Translations under genes and position numbers: made by a program
Shown here: positions 12,129-22,531 of the stretch, in pieces
Numbering within the stretch: the first letter of the stretch is position 1
How the letters are laid out: each line of letters begins with the position of its first letter
Origin: Octopus sinensis
Taxonomy: Eukaryota
DNA: 37,438 nt
Direction of reading: 5' to 3'
Assembly: GCF_006345805.1 (NCBI RefSeq)
Contig: NW_021824657.1
Coordinates: 1-37,438 of the forward strand
Notes under the pieces: model-generated
What the model was told of the DNA's origin: nothing
The model's database searches: none
What the model saw: only the letters and a program-made list of their open reading frames with translations

Positions 12129-12410
12129 AATAATGTTGGCATAGCCTTTAAAATAAACCCAAGACTTGGGCCCCGTGCTATCCACTTACAACAAAAATCA
12201 CACTCACATCTCATAACAACAATATGGTACAATTATTTCACCTCAATTGGCTCCGCTCTCTTTAACGTTACATTAAAGCAGAAAAAGACCCAATAAAGTT
12301 CAAAAAGTCTTTGGATAAATTCCTTCAAAAAATCCTGGATAAACCTCCTACACCCGGATATGTCTCCATAAACAATAAATCTCTTCTTGAGTGGGTCATG
12401 TTGTCTGATT
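12129..12410 (+). mobile_element. CR1-group LINE ORF2 3' fragment
   Basis: NNVGIAFKINPRLGPRAI...NYFTSIGSALFN, then after a frameshift EKDPIKFKKSLDKFLQKILDKPPTPGYVSINNKSLLEW. Fits the CR1/L2-type C-terminus G..LFN.L....FK..LD.FL..IPD.P. Confidence 0.65.
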
Positions 12411-12521
12411 CCTGATTTGAATGACTTTGCCAGGTGGTGCTATTAAGTTAGACATGGCCTGGGCCACTACTGGCTGAAACCTGTCAAAGTATCACAGTAT
12501 AAGGCTATATATAATAACATG

Positions 12522-12908
12522 AGTGGAGGCGCAATGGCCCAGTGGTTAGGGCAGCGGACTTGCAGTTGTAGGATTGCGGTTTCGATTCCCAGACCGGGCG
12601 TTGTGAGTGTTTATTGAGCGAAAACACCTAAAGCTCCACGAGGCTCCGGCAGGGATGGTGGTGATCCCTGCTGTACTCTTTCACCACAACTTTCTCTCAC
12701 TCTTACTTCCTGTTTCTGTTGTACCTGTATTTCAAAGGGCCGGCCTTGTCACTCTCTGTGTCACGCTGAATATCCCCGAGAACTACGTTAAGGGTACACA
12801 AGTCTGTGGAGTGCTCAGCCACTTACACGTTAATTTCACGAGCAGGCTGTTCCGTTGATCGGATCAACCGGAACCCTCGTCGTCATAACCGATGGAGTGC
12901 TTCCATCC
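12522..12908 (+). mobile_element. Family B tRNA-derived SINE
   Basis: A-box tggcccagtgg and B-box ggtttcgattccc; near-identical to 20206-20576; imperfect flanking repeat ataataa(c/t)atg. Confidence 0.9.
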
Positions 12909-12963
12909 ATAATAATATGTAAGTGTTGGGCTGAAAAATCCTTTTGGATAGAAAAGGGCAAAA

Positions 12964-13030
12964 GCAGCCCGTTGGATTTGAACCCATATCTCTTCTAAGC
13001 ATGACAGATGTTACACCATTGAACCAAAAC
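12964..13030 (-). pseudogene. Degenerate tRNA-like or SINE-head fragment
   Basis: Reverse complement has tggttcaatggtg (A-box-like) and ggttcaaatcc (B-box/T-loop); no convincing cloverleaf. Confidence 0.35.
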
Positions 13031-14305
13031 AATTCTTTGAATTTCTCTGTTCATTGTAGAAACTTTTTTCTTACCAGCAAGAATTGTATGTATGCACGTG
13101 TGTGTGTGTGTATGTATGTATAAGTGTGTGTGTGTGTGTAATTATATTATGTAGGTAGGGTAAAATAACATCAAAATATTTCAACTTTCTGTTTTGTTAT
13201 ACACACACACACACACTCATACACTCATACACACACATTGATACATGTACATACATGTTGAAAACTTAGATTGCTATCTTCCATTTTTCACTGCATGTGA
13301 TCCTTCAGGCAAAATAGAGACAAACAGATTTATATATATATATATACACACATGATGATATATAATATATCATAAATATGTATGTATGTGTGTGTGTATA
13401 TGTTTTATGAACATGCACTCGATATGTTTAATTGGTCATATTCTGATTCCTGTCCTTGTACACACCATTCTTACTATTTTATATTCCATTACAAGAATTT
13501 TTCATATTTTACTTCTGATGAATTTGAAATCTTTTCTTTATTTCTCCCCCCTCCCACCCCCCTCTTCATTTTTATTTTACTTTCTCTTATTTTCTATCAG
13601 TTTACTTTTTTTGTCATCGCTCATAATCCCTCCATTCTCTCCCTCGCTCTCTCTCCCACCCTCTCTCTATCTACCTGTCTCTCTCGCCCTCTCCCTCTCT
13701 CACTCACACACTCTTTAATTTTCTTCCTCTCCAGTTGGAAGCCTTTTTGCCACCCCCACCACCACCAAATTGCAATTACCTAAGCATCTCTGGCGGCACA
13801 TTTATGTTGAGAATAATAATGAAACTTTAATTCCAATAAATTCATAGATATGTAACTTATATTAAATTACCATTTAACATCTCGAGGCAAAATGAATTTT
13901 GAATTTGGGATTTTTATGGATTTCACAGTCTGTGGTTTCAAATTTAAACGTTGGCAAAATTCTGTATATGAATTTTAGGCACAGGAGTGGCTGTGTGGTA
14001 AGTAGCTTGCTTACCAACCACAATGGGCTGCTATCAGTCTAGGTGTTGCTTGATAGCCATTCCATCTGGCATTGCTCTCTTCCACCATTCCAGCCATTGA
14101 GATCAAAGGTCTTCATCAGCTTGTTCTACTGGCAGGGTTTTTTTTTTATTTTTAGAGTAATACCCCTCTAGATCTACCCAAATCAGTGGGAACATGTTCC
14201 CCTCAAGAAAGTTTAATCTGGGACAGTTTCCATCATGAGTCAGAGGCTAAGATCTTTTCCCTGAACATGACCGATTGCCAAGGCATATGAGAACCAGTAT
14301 CTGAT

Positions 14306-14507
14306 GCGAGGCAGCGAGCTGGTAGAAACTTTAGCACGCCGGGCGAAATGCGTAGCTGTATTTCGTCTGTCATTACGTTGTGAGTTCAAATTCCGCCGAG
14401 GTCGACTTTGCTTTTCATCCTATCGGGGTCGATGTAATTGACTTAATCCTTTTGTCTGTCCTTGTTTGTCCCCTCTATGTTTAGCCCCTTGTGGGCAATG
14501 AAGAAAT
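14306..14507 (+). mobile_element. Family D SINE including tRNA-like head
   Basis: ggcagcgagctggtagaa...gagttcaaattcc (B-box)...gtcgactttgc...tttagccccttgtgggcaatgaagaaata. Confidence 0.85.
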
Positions 14508-14619
14508 ATATATATATATTGTGTGTCATTCAGAGAAAAGTACCACTTTTACACAGCTTAGTACTTCTACACAACTTTTGGTCTTCTGTATATACGTGTC
14601 TGTGTATATCTTGTCGGCA

Positions 14620-14690
14620 GGCAGTTTAGCTTAACTGATAGAGCATTCAGCTCGTATCCGAGGGGTGCAGGTTTGAATCCCATAGCTGTT
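14620..14690 (+). pseudogene. tRNA-like sequence (Thr-CGT-like anticodon loop), probably a repeat-embedded pseudogene
   Basis: D-arm-like tagcttaactgatagagc, loop ct-CGT-at, T-arm ggtttgaatccc; stems contain mismatches. Confidence 0.45.
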
Positions 14691-14859
14691 TGGTGACAAC
14701 TTTTTTCTGTCTTATAAGGGTAACATACCCAGTTTTTCTACTGTTTTTACAGCTTTACTGCATTCGAAATATTACGTTCTCGCCTGCACAATATGATAAC
14801 ACAATCAATGCTTCTAAAAGCAAAATAAAGTTTGTTACTCTGTGGTTGCTGCATATATA

Positions 14860-15196
14860 TATTTATATATTATATATATATATATATATATAAATGAAAG
14901 AATGGAGTGAATTTGCTACCCAGGTTTTGGTTAAACGAATTTTCCATGCTGACGATAAACATAGGATATTCATTCACCTACCTATATATATATATATAAT
15001 ATATATATAATGTATGTATGTATGTATGTACATATATATATATATGTGTGTGTGTGGTGTGTGCATGTATGTATATATATATATATATATATGATGATGA
15101 TGATATATATATATGTATGTGCATGTATGTATATTCATATAATATTTACATATAGTGAGGTCTCTTTCTTTCTTTTGTTATCTTACCATTTTACCA

Positions 15197-15227
<31 letters not shown>

Positions 15228-15363
15228 ATATTATATATCTAGTATATTATAGATATATATACATACATACATACATATATATATACATATTATATATATA
15301 TATATATATTATTATATATATTTATATACATATATATATATATTATATATATATATATATATT

Positions 15364-15426
<63 letters not shown>

Positions 15427-15427
15427 G
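14860..15427. repeat. (TA)n-rich microsatellite fields
   Basis: Direct inspection. Confidence 0.9.
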
Positions 15428-15713
15428 TTGAATGAATTGTTTCAAGAGAAGGGATGAAAGCAAGAAACAAGTGATGATGTAACTCCTGGCAATAAAGAGA
15501 AAATTTGCTCGGTAACAGCCTGAACGACAGTAAGATGTGCCCAGGGACGGAGAGGATGCGATGAGTTAATAAAACATCAGTAATTCGTTCGAAACATCTG
15601 TGAAAATCGAGCTGTGGACATATTTGCCAATTTATTAAAGAGCGATTGAAGTGTTGTTCACATGTTTAAGATATCTCGACAAATATTAATGTTTGTACAT
15701 TTTCCTCAAGCAT

Positions 15714-15880
15714 AGGCGCAGGAGTGGCTGTGTGGTAAGTAGCTTGCTTACCAACCACATGGTTCCGGGTTCAGTCCCACTGCGTGGCATCTTGGGCAAG
15801 TGTCTTCTTCTGCTATAGCCCCGGGCCGACCAATGCCTTGTGAGTGGATTTGGTTGACGGAAACTGAAAGAAGCCTGTCG
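15714..15880 (+). mobile_element. Family A head module (first of a tandem pair)
   Basis: aggcgcaggagtggctgtgtggtaag...gaagcctgtcg then (TA); repeated immediately at 15898. Confidence 0.9.
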
Positions 15881-15897
15881 TATATATGTATATATAT

Positions 15898-16315
15898 AGG
15901 CGCAGGAGTGGCTGTGTGGTAAGTAGCTTGCTTGCCAACCACTTGGTTCCGGGTTCAGTCCCACTGCATGGCACCTTGGGCAAGTGTCTTCTACTATAGC
16001 CTCGGGCCGACCAATGCCTTGTGAGTGGATTTGGTAGACGGAAACTGAAAGAAGCCTGTCGTATATATGTATATGTATATATGTGTGTGTGTGTATGTAT
16101 GTATGTTTGTGTGTCTGTGTTTGTCCCCCTAGCATTGCTTGATAACCGATGCTGGTGTGTTTACGTCCCCGTCACTTAGCAGTTCGGCAAAAGAGACCGA
16201 TAGAATAAGTACTGGGCTTACAAAGAATAAGTCCCGGAATCGATTTGATTGACTAAAGGCGGTGCTCCAGCATGGCTGCAGTCAAATGACTGAAACAAGT
16301 AAAAGAGTAAAAGAG
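15898..16315 (+). mobile_element. Family A full composite SINE (head, microsatellite, second module)
   Basis: Ends gtcaaatgactgaaacaagtaaaagagtaaaagag; near-identical to 25015-25494. Confidence 0.9.
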
Positions 16316-16609
16316 CACACATCTCACTGATACATCGTAAAATAAACTCGATTCATTCTGAGATGTGATTTACCAATCTGGTTGCAGTTGTGGCTGAGTG
16401 GTTACGATGCAAGCTTCTTGACTGTACATTTGCATCTTTGTTAAGGAGAAATTTGGGGTATTGTCCCATTGTGGGGTACTTTTGGACAACTTCCTTTTTA
16501 CGAATGGCCTTTGGCTGACAAATACTTTATGGGTAGGATTTGGTTGACAACAGCTGTATGTGTATACATGTGATTGTGTGTGTGTACATATACAAATAAA
16601 TAGATATCC

Positions 16610-16641
<32 letters not shown>

Positions 16642-16643
<2 letters not shown>

Positions 16644-16898
16644 GTGTGTAGAAGCTAACGATCTATCATGGTGTCTGTGTGTGTATATATATAAATACAC
16701 AGACGCCATGATAGATTGTTAGCTTCTACACACATTTTTTTCTCTCCTTGTTTTTTCTGTGTCCCTTTCTGTAGAAGACCGTAGGCTCGAAACGTAAAAG
16801 AATTTTTCTATTCCTGAGTGCTATACTAATACATCTGTTTGTTTTGTACACCACCTGCCTTCGTCTTTTGTTTATTTTTGTAAACTTTCCCTTTATAT
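16642..16898 (+). mobile_element. Hammerhead-like short repeat (motif 16765-16800) with a 39-bp fold-back at its 5' end
   Basis: Arms 16642-16680 and 16697-16735 are reverse complements with 2 mismatches. Motif cttt-CTGTAGA-A-GACC-GTAG-GCTC-GAA-ACGT-A-aaag. Confidence 0.65.
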
Positions 16899-16922
16899 AT
16901 ATGTATGTATGTATGTATTATA

Positions 16923-17115
16923 TTTTACTTGTTTCAGTCATTAGACTGTGGCAATGCTGGAGCACTGCCTTCAAGGGTTTATTCAAACAAATTAGACCCA
17001 GTAATTATTCTTTGTTTTCTAAGCCTCGTACTCATTCTCTCGGTGTCATTTTGCTTAACTGCCAAGTCTTCAATTTGATATTATTTGAGCAGTGGTGATG
17101 CTTATTCATGTCTCC
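16923..17115 (-). mobile_element. Diverged family A second module
   Basis: ttttacttgtttcagtcattagactgtggcaatgctggagcactgcc... matches the reverse complement of the A tail. Confidence 0.7.
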
Positions 17116-17194
17116 TGTAAAGAATCTGTCACATGGCTTGACAGTTCCAATGTGCGAAAACCTGCAAAATATAAAGTACCTTACTTGTAAAACA

Positions 17195-17295
17195 GTTATG
17201 GGTTGGTGACAGATAGAGCATCCGACCATAGACTACTACTTTGAATATGTCTTGTCCAACCCATGCCAGCATAGACAAAGCAGACGTAAAACATA
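17195..17295 (+). mobile_element. Diverged family E/RTE tail
   Basis: gtccaacccatgccagcat...gcagacgtaaa matches 27741-27775. Confidence 0.6.
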
Positions 17296-17329
17296 ACTGA
17301 CAACACCCTCCCCCATCACTGAGACCGAC

Positions 17330-17519
17330 ATGATGGTAATGGTGATGATGATGATGGTGATGATGATGATGATGATGATGTTGGTGATGATGATGATGAT
17401 GATGATGATGATGTTGGTGGTGATGATGATGATGATGATGATAATGATGATGATGGTGATGATGATGATGATGATGATGTTGGTGGTGATGATGATGGTG
17501 ATGATGTTGATGATGTTGG

Positions 17520-17560
<41 letters not shown>

Positions 17561-17831
17561 TTGGTGATGATGATGATGATGATGATGATGTTGATAATGA
17601 TGATGATGATGTTGGTGATGATGATGATGTTGGTGATGATGATGATGATGATGATGTTGATAATGATGATGGTGATGATGATGATGATGATGATGATGTT
17701 GGTGATGTTGATGATGATTTGATAATGATGATGATGATGATGTTGATAATAATGATGATTATGATGATGATGTTGGTGATGATGATGTTGGTGATAATGA
17801 TGATAATGATGATGGTGATGATGATGATGAT
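17330..17831. repeat. ~500-bp imperfect (GAT)n tract with GGT/GTT/AAT variants
   Basis: Direct inspection; source of the poly-I/M/S ORFs. Confidence 0.95.
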
Positions 17832-18305
17832 CTCTGGCACAAGCCCCACCATCTGTCATCTCCTTCTTGATATTCCTCATTTCAGTGTCTGTTTCTTCCA
17901 ATCTGTCACGATTTGGAAACGGTTTCTATTACAGAATATGACTATTTGTAACTAAAACCTGTGTTGACTTTTTTTTGTGGAACAGCCTTAATCGCAACAA
18001 AACACTTCATTAGTTCTTCCCCATGTTCCCCCCCCCCCCAGTAACATGTTTTTCCATCTAAACAATCCCCTTTTTCCCCCGTCCATTTCTGTTACACGTT
18101 TCTACCGTCACAGCAATTTCCCCTGCACGTGTTCGGTGATGTCGTTAACACTCTGCCATTTTCACAGATCAACTTCCAAGCAAATTAATGCTGCATATCA
18201 ACAAACCTTTCAATCACGTTGTTTCCCATCACGCCTTTAATTCTTAATCGTTTGATGCCTGGCTCTCAAATAGGTTTGCGGCATTACACTTCTTTCTCTT
18301 CCTCT

Positions 18306-18927
18306 TTCTCTTTTACACTTGTTTCAGTCATTTTTGACTGTGGCCATGCTGGAGCACCACCTTTAGTCGAGCAAATCGACCCCAGGACTTATTCTTTGTA
18401 AGCCCAGTACTTATTCTAATGGTCTCTTTTGCCGAACTGCTAAATTACAGGGACTTAAACACACCACCATCGGTTGTCAAGTGATGTTGGGGGAACAAAC
18501 ACAGAGACACAAGCATATACACACACATACATATATATATATACTGTCCGACGAACGGCAACGGGAAACTCAGAGTAACAGGTTTTGTTGAATTTTCTGG
18601 TGCTTTAAATAAAGCATATTACTCTATCACTGGTATTTGAGTACTCTTTTTTCCACCTTGTTTCACATTTATGTGTTTACTCCAGTATATATATATGGCG
18701 GTGCCCCAGCATGGCCACAGCTCATGAGCTGAAACTGGAATCAATCAATCATATATATATATATATATATATAAGACAGGCTTCTTTCTTTCAAATCCTC
18801 TCACAAGGCTTTGGATGGCCCGAGGCTATAGTAGAAGACACTCGCCCAAGGGGCCACTCAGTGGGAATGAACCCGGAACCACATGGTTGGTAAGCGAGCT
18901 ACTTACTACACAGCCACTCATGCGCCT
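18306..18927 (-). mobile_element. Family A composite SINE with a nested insertion at 18544-18690
   Basis: Second module ~18306-18515 and head ~18775-18927 are both reverse-complement matches to 15898-16315. Confidence 0.85.
18544..18690 (+). mobile_element. Short repeat starting with a type I hammerhead-like fold (18544-18581); same family as 33535-33759
   Basis: CUGU-CCGACGA-ACG-GCAA-CGG-GAA-ACUC-A-GAGU-A-ACAG. Downstream gcatattactct...gtttcacatttatg is the reverse complement of 33545-33606. Confidence 0.65.
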
Positions 18928-18999
18928 AGGTAATTTTCATGCAAACTTCTGTTTGGAATTAACTGTGAATGTATGTGTGTGTGTTTGTGTAAGGATTAC

Positions 19000-19517
19000 A
19001 GCCATCTATTTAAAACTGTATACAGCTATGGTACGACCACACTTGGAATTCGCATCATCAGTTTGGAACCCCTATCTTGCACAGAACATTGACCTCCTGG
19101 AATCTGTCCAGAGACGTGCAACCAAACGCATACCCTCCATCAGACCTACCATATTCTGAGCGCCTTGTTTCCCTGGGCATGGATTCACTGAAGCTCCGGC
19201 GTTTGGCGACGGACTTGGTAAACACCCCAAAGTTATCAACCACCTCACCAACAACACACTGAACACCTTTTTGATCTCCACGTGTCTACACACGTGGACA
19301 TGCCTACAAAGTCAGAAAACAACACAGCTCCCATGACTTTCGGAAACATTTTTTCACGCTCAGAGTTGCTGAAGCATGGAATAAACTGCCTGCGTCAGTT
19401 GTTGACTGCCATGACACTGCATCCTTTAAGGCCCTCATGCTTCCCGAAATCCGTTGAAACTACACCTGATTATTATACACTTTAGATGAGTTGTAGTGCA
19501 CCTGAGCACTGTACACA

Positions 19518-19557
<40 letters not shown>
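19000..19557 (+). mobile_element. 5'-truncated CR1-clade LINE with (ATT)n tail and candidate 6-bp TSD GATTAC
   Basis: Frameshifted peptides LYTAMVRPHLEFASSVWNPYL...LESVQRRATKRI / YSERLVSLGMDSLKLRRL / RGHAYK...RKHFFTLRVAEAWNKLPASVV...SFK give the classic CR1 ORF2 C-terminus. gattac occurs at 18994-18999 and 19558-19563. Confidence 0.92.
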
Positions 19558-20205
19558 GATTACCTGTGTTCAGTGCACTGCAGGGTCACCATGTTCTCTC
19601 CACTAACCATGGTCTGATGTGGAGGCTGTGAATTTGAGCTTGAAATCATACTGGCTTGATGAGCTTATTCTGCCATACTAACATGCAATTATAAAAATCA
19701 ACACCATCTAATTGAACAAAGATACACATAGCAAGTATCTATCCTGTTTGAAGCCAATCCCTATAAATATAGAAAATTATATTAAAACTGGATTTGTTTG
19801 CAATCATTTTAATATCTGGATTCACAACTGCATCACCATGCATTACATCAAAATGACTTTTACTTGTATATATATATAATTGTAGAATTCACCTCACAAA
19901 GCCAACAATTGTTTCTGTTGTATTACCATATTTGGATATAGAAAATATTGAAATTAATATTTTTTTCAAGGCAATCCAAAATTATTTGTTGTATAATCCT
20001 TTGAATTTCTTGATAATCTTCTAAATGATATCTGGATCTTCTTGTCATACATGAAGGATTACCCTGGATGTGTTTTCTACTTGCATTTGTTGGTGTCTGA
20101 TCGTTTAATGTAATTAACCAAATTCATTTAAAACTGAGTGCTGTATTGATATCTACCTGGATATTTTAATCCCATTTTCTCTTCTTATATATATATATCA
20201 AGTGA

Positions 20206-20576
20206 GTGGAGGCGCAATGGCCCAGTGGTTAGGGCAGCGGACTCGCGGTTTCGATTCCCAGACCGGGCGTTGTGAGTGTTTATTGAGCGAAAACACCTAA
20301 AAGCTCTACGAGGCTCCGGCAGGGGATGGTGGTTATCCCTGCTGTACTCTTTCACCACAACTTTCTCTCACTCTTACTTCCTGTTTCTGTTGTACCTGTA
20401 TTTCAAAGGGCCGGCCTCGTCACTCTCTGTGTCACGCTGAATATCCCCGAGAACTACGTTAAGGGTACACGTGTCTGTGGAGTGCTCAGCCACTTACACG
20501 TTAATTTCACGAGCAGGCTGTTCCGTTGATTCGGATCAACCAGAACCCTCGTCGTTGTAACTGACTGAGTGCTTCC
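20206..20576 (+). mobile_element. Family B SINE with perfect 11-bp TSD
   Basis: ATATCAAGTGA at 20195-20205 and 20577-20587; short deletion in the tRNA-like head relative to the 12522 copy. Confidence 0.95.
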
Positions 20577-21713
20577 ATATCAAGTGAAATAAGTATTTTA
20601 AAAAAGGAAGCTTATTTAAGAAAACTCTACAAAATAATTCCTTTAGTGTGAAACTCTGACCCGTTTCAATTATTTTTGATGAAACTCTTTCAACAGAAAA
20701 GCATAAAAATATTCTCACTTTTCCACTTTTTTTTTGTCTTTTCAGGTATGTCATTTTTTGATTTGGAGTGTTGCAAAGTTTGTCAGCTTCTGAGAATTAC
20801 GTAAGTGTTTACTTTTTTAAGTGCCACAAGGGTACATTCGGCAGATGAAGTTGAAATAGGTATAGTTAAAATCAAATTTATTAGTTTATGTTCTTGTGCA
20901 AAACTTGCATGCGTTCCATGTTTTTAAGATATTTTATGAGCTTTTCAATATTGGTTTTAGCAGAAGATCATTTGTAAGAAAAAAAAATGTAAGAAAGAAC
21001 ACAAAATGAAGAAGAAATAAACCAAAAATTTCAACAAAAAAGCAAAAACTAGTTAATTCAGATCCATGATAACCAAAATAAAAAAAGAAATGGTCTTTTA
21101 TAGAGAAGAAAAAGCCATCTTTGAAAAAATACTTTCAGAGAACAAGATTTTGCTGTCTAAAAGCTTGATAATTTCCAAATTTACCATAAACTTAAATCTA
21201 AACAATATCTTGAAATATTTTAGAGAAATGTTTTCAATAGTGTTCTTCTGGTGAACCATACATTCCTTTTCTAAAAGGAATGCCAAATTTCTATTCACCA
21301 AACTCCAAATGTCATCATGGGGAGCTTAACATATCTGTTCTTGAACTTTGTCAAAGTTCTTTCCACAATTCTACAGAGACAAACGATATCCATTAGCACC
21401 TGTTTGTGTTTGCTTAAAAATGTTGTTCTGTAATTAGAAAGATACAAGAATTATATTTGAATATTTTTGAGGTGTGCTGAAAATTCTTTTGCATCATTTC
21501 TTTAATCATTTTATCATCAAAACTCTTCAGATTTTCTAGAATATCACGAAAAAGATTCTTCATAATCTGTTTTTGTATTTGATTTGTGAGATTCTTGATG
21601 TTAGCTCATATGCTGAAGCAGACTTGGGTTGTATTTAGGGTGGGTCATTTTTGCCAATGATACATGCATTTTCTGGTTTTGTTTCACTTCTTTTTATTAT
21701 TATTTGTCAATTG

Positions 21714-21919
21714 AGGCTGATGAGCTGGCCGAATTGTTAGTACACCTGACAAGATGCTTAGCTGCATTTCATTTTTACATTCTGAATTCAAATTCTATCA
21801 GAGTCACCTTTGCTTTCATCCTTTTGGGGTTGATAACACATGTACCATCCGAACGCTGGGGTTGATATTGTCAAATAGTCCCCTCCCCCAAACTCTCAGG
21901 CCTTGTACAGATAGTAGAG
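21714..21919 (+). mobile_element. Diverged family D SINE with 18-bp TSD, inserted in the hAT fossil
   Basis: ATTATTATTTGTCAATTG at 21696-21713 and 21920-21937. Confidence 0.85.
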
Positions 21920-22042
21920 ATTATTATTTGTCAATTGCTCAACCAATTATTTAAACAATTGTTTTTTACATTGCCCAATTAATCATCTAGGTCTATCAAA
22001 GTCCTTTCATTGCCATTCACAACCTCATCAGCGACATGACCT

Positions 22043-22531
22043 ATCCTCTCGGGGTCGATAAATAAAGTACCAGTTTCGCACTGGGTCGATGTAATCGACA
22101 TAATCCGTTTGTCTGTCCTTGTTTGTCCTCTCTGTGTTTAGCCCCTTGTGGGTAGTAAAGAAATAGGTATTTCGTCTGTCGTTACGTTCTGAGTTCAAAT
22201 TCCGCCGAGGTCGACTTTGTCTTTCATCCTCTCGGAGTCAATAAATAAAGTACCAGTTTCGCACTGGGTCGATGTAATCGACTTAATCCCTTTGTCTGTC
22301 CTTGTTTGTCCCCTCAGTGTTTAGCCCCTTGTGGGTAGTAAAGAAATAGGTATTTCGTCTGTCGTTATGTTCTGAGTTCAAATTCCGCCGTGGTCGACTT
22401 TGCCTTTCATTCTCTCGGGGTTGATAAATAAAGTACCAGTTTTGCACTGGGTCGATGTAATCGACTTAATCCCTTTGTCTGTCCTTGTTTGTCCGCTCTA
22501 TGTTTAGCCCCTTGTGGGCAGTAAAGAAATA
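22043..22531 (+). repeat. Head-to-tail 183-bp tandem of family D SINE body (~2.6 units)
   Basis: Anchor ctgggtcgatg at 22081, 22264 and 22447. Confidence 0.9.

Noticed and set aside
14030-14300. Decayed RTE C-terminus on the minus strand (GHVQG...)
   Set aside because: Too degenerate to support without an alignment.
17236-17955. Long poly-Ile/Met/Ser/His ORFs (up to 221 aa)
   Set aside because: They are translations of the (GAT)n tract, which lacks stops by composition.
19565-20190. Possible decayed coding sequence on the minus strand (KYPG/VDIN..., KSHFDVMHGDAVVNP)
   Set aside because: Stops in all frames and no family I can identify; needs tBLASTx.
21060-21450. LINE reverse transcriptase motifs (NYR..., TIENI) on the minus strand
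   Set aside because: The resemblance is weak, and collinear hAT motifs on both sides explain the region better.
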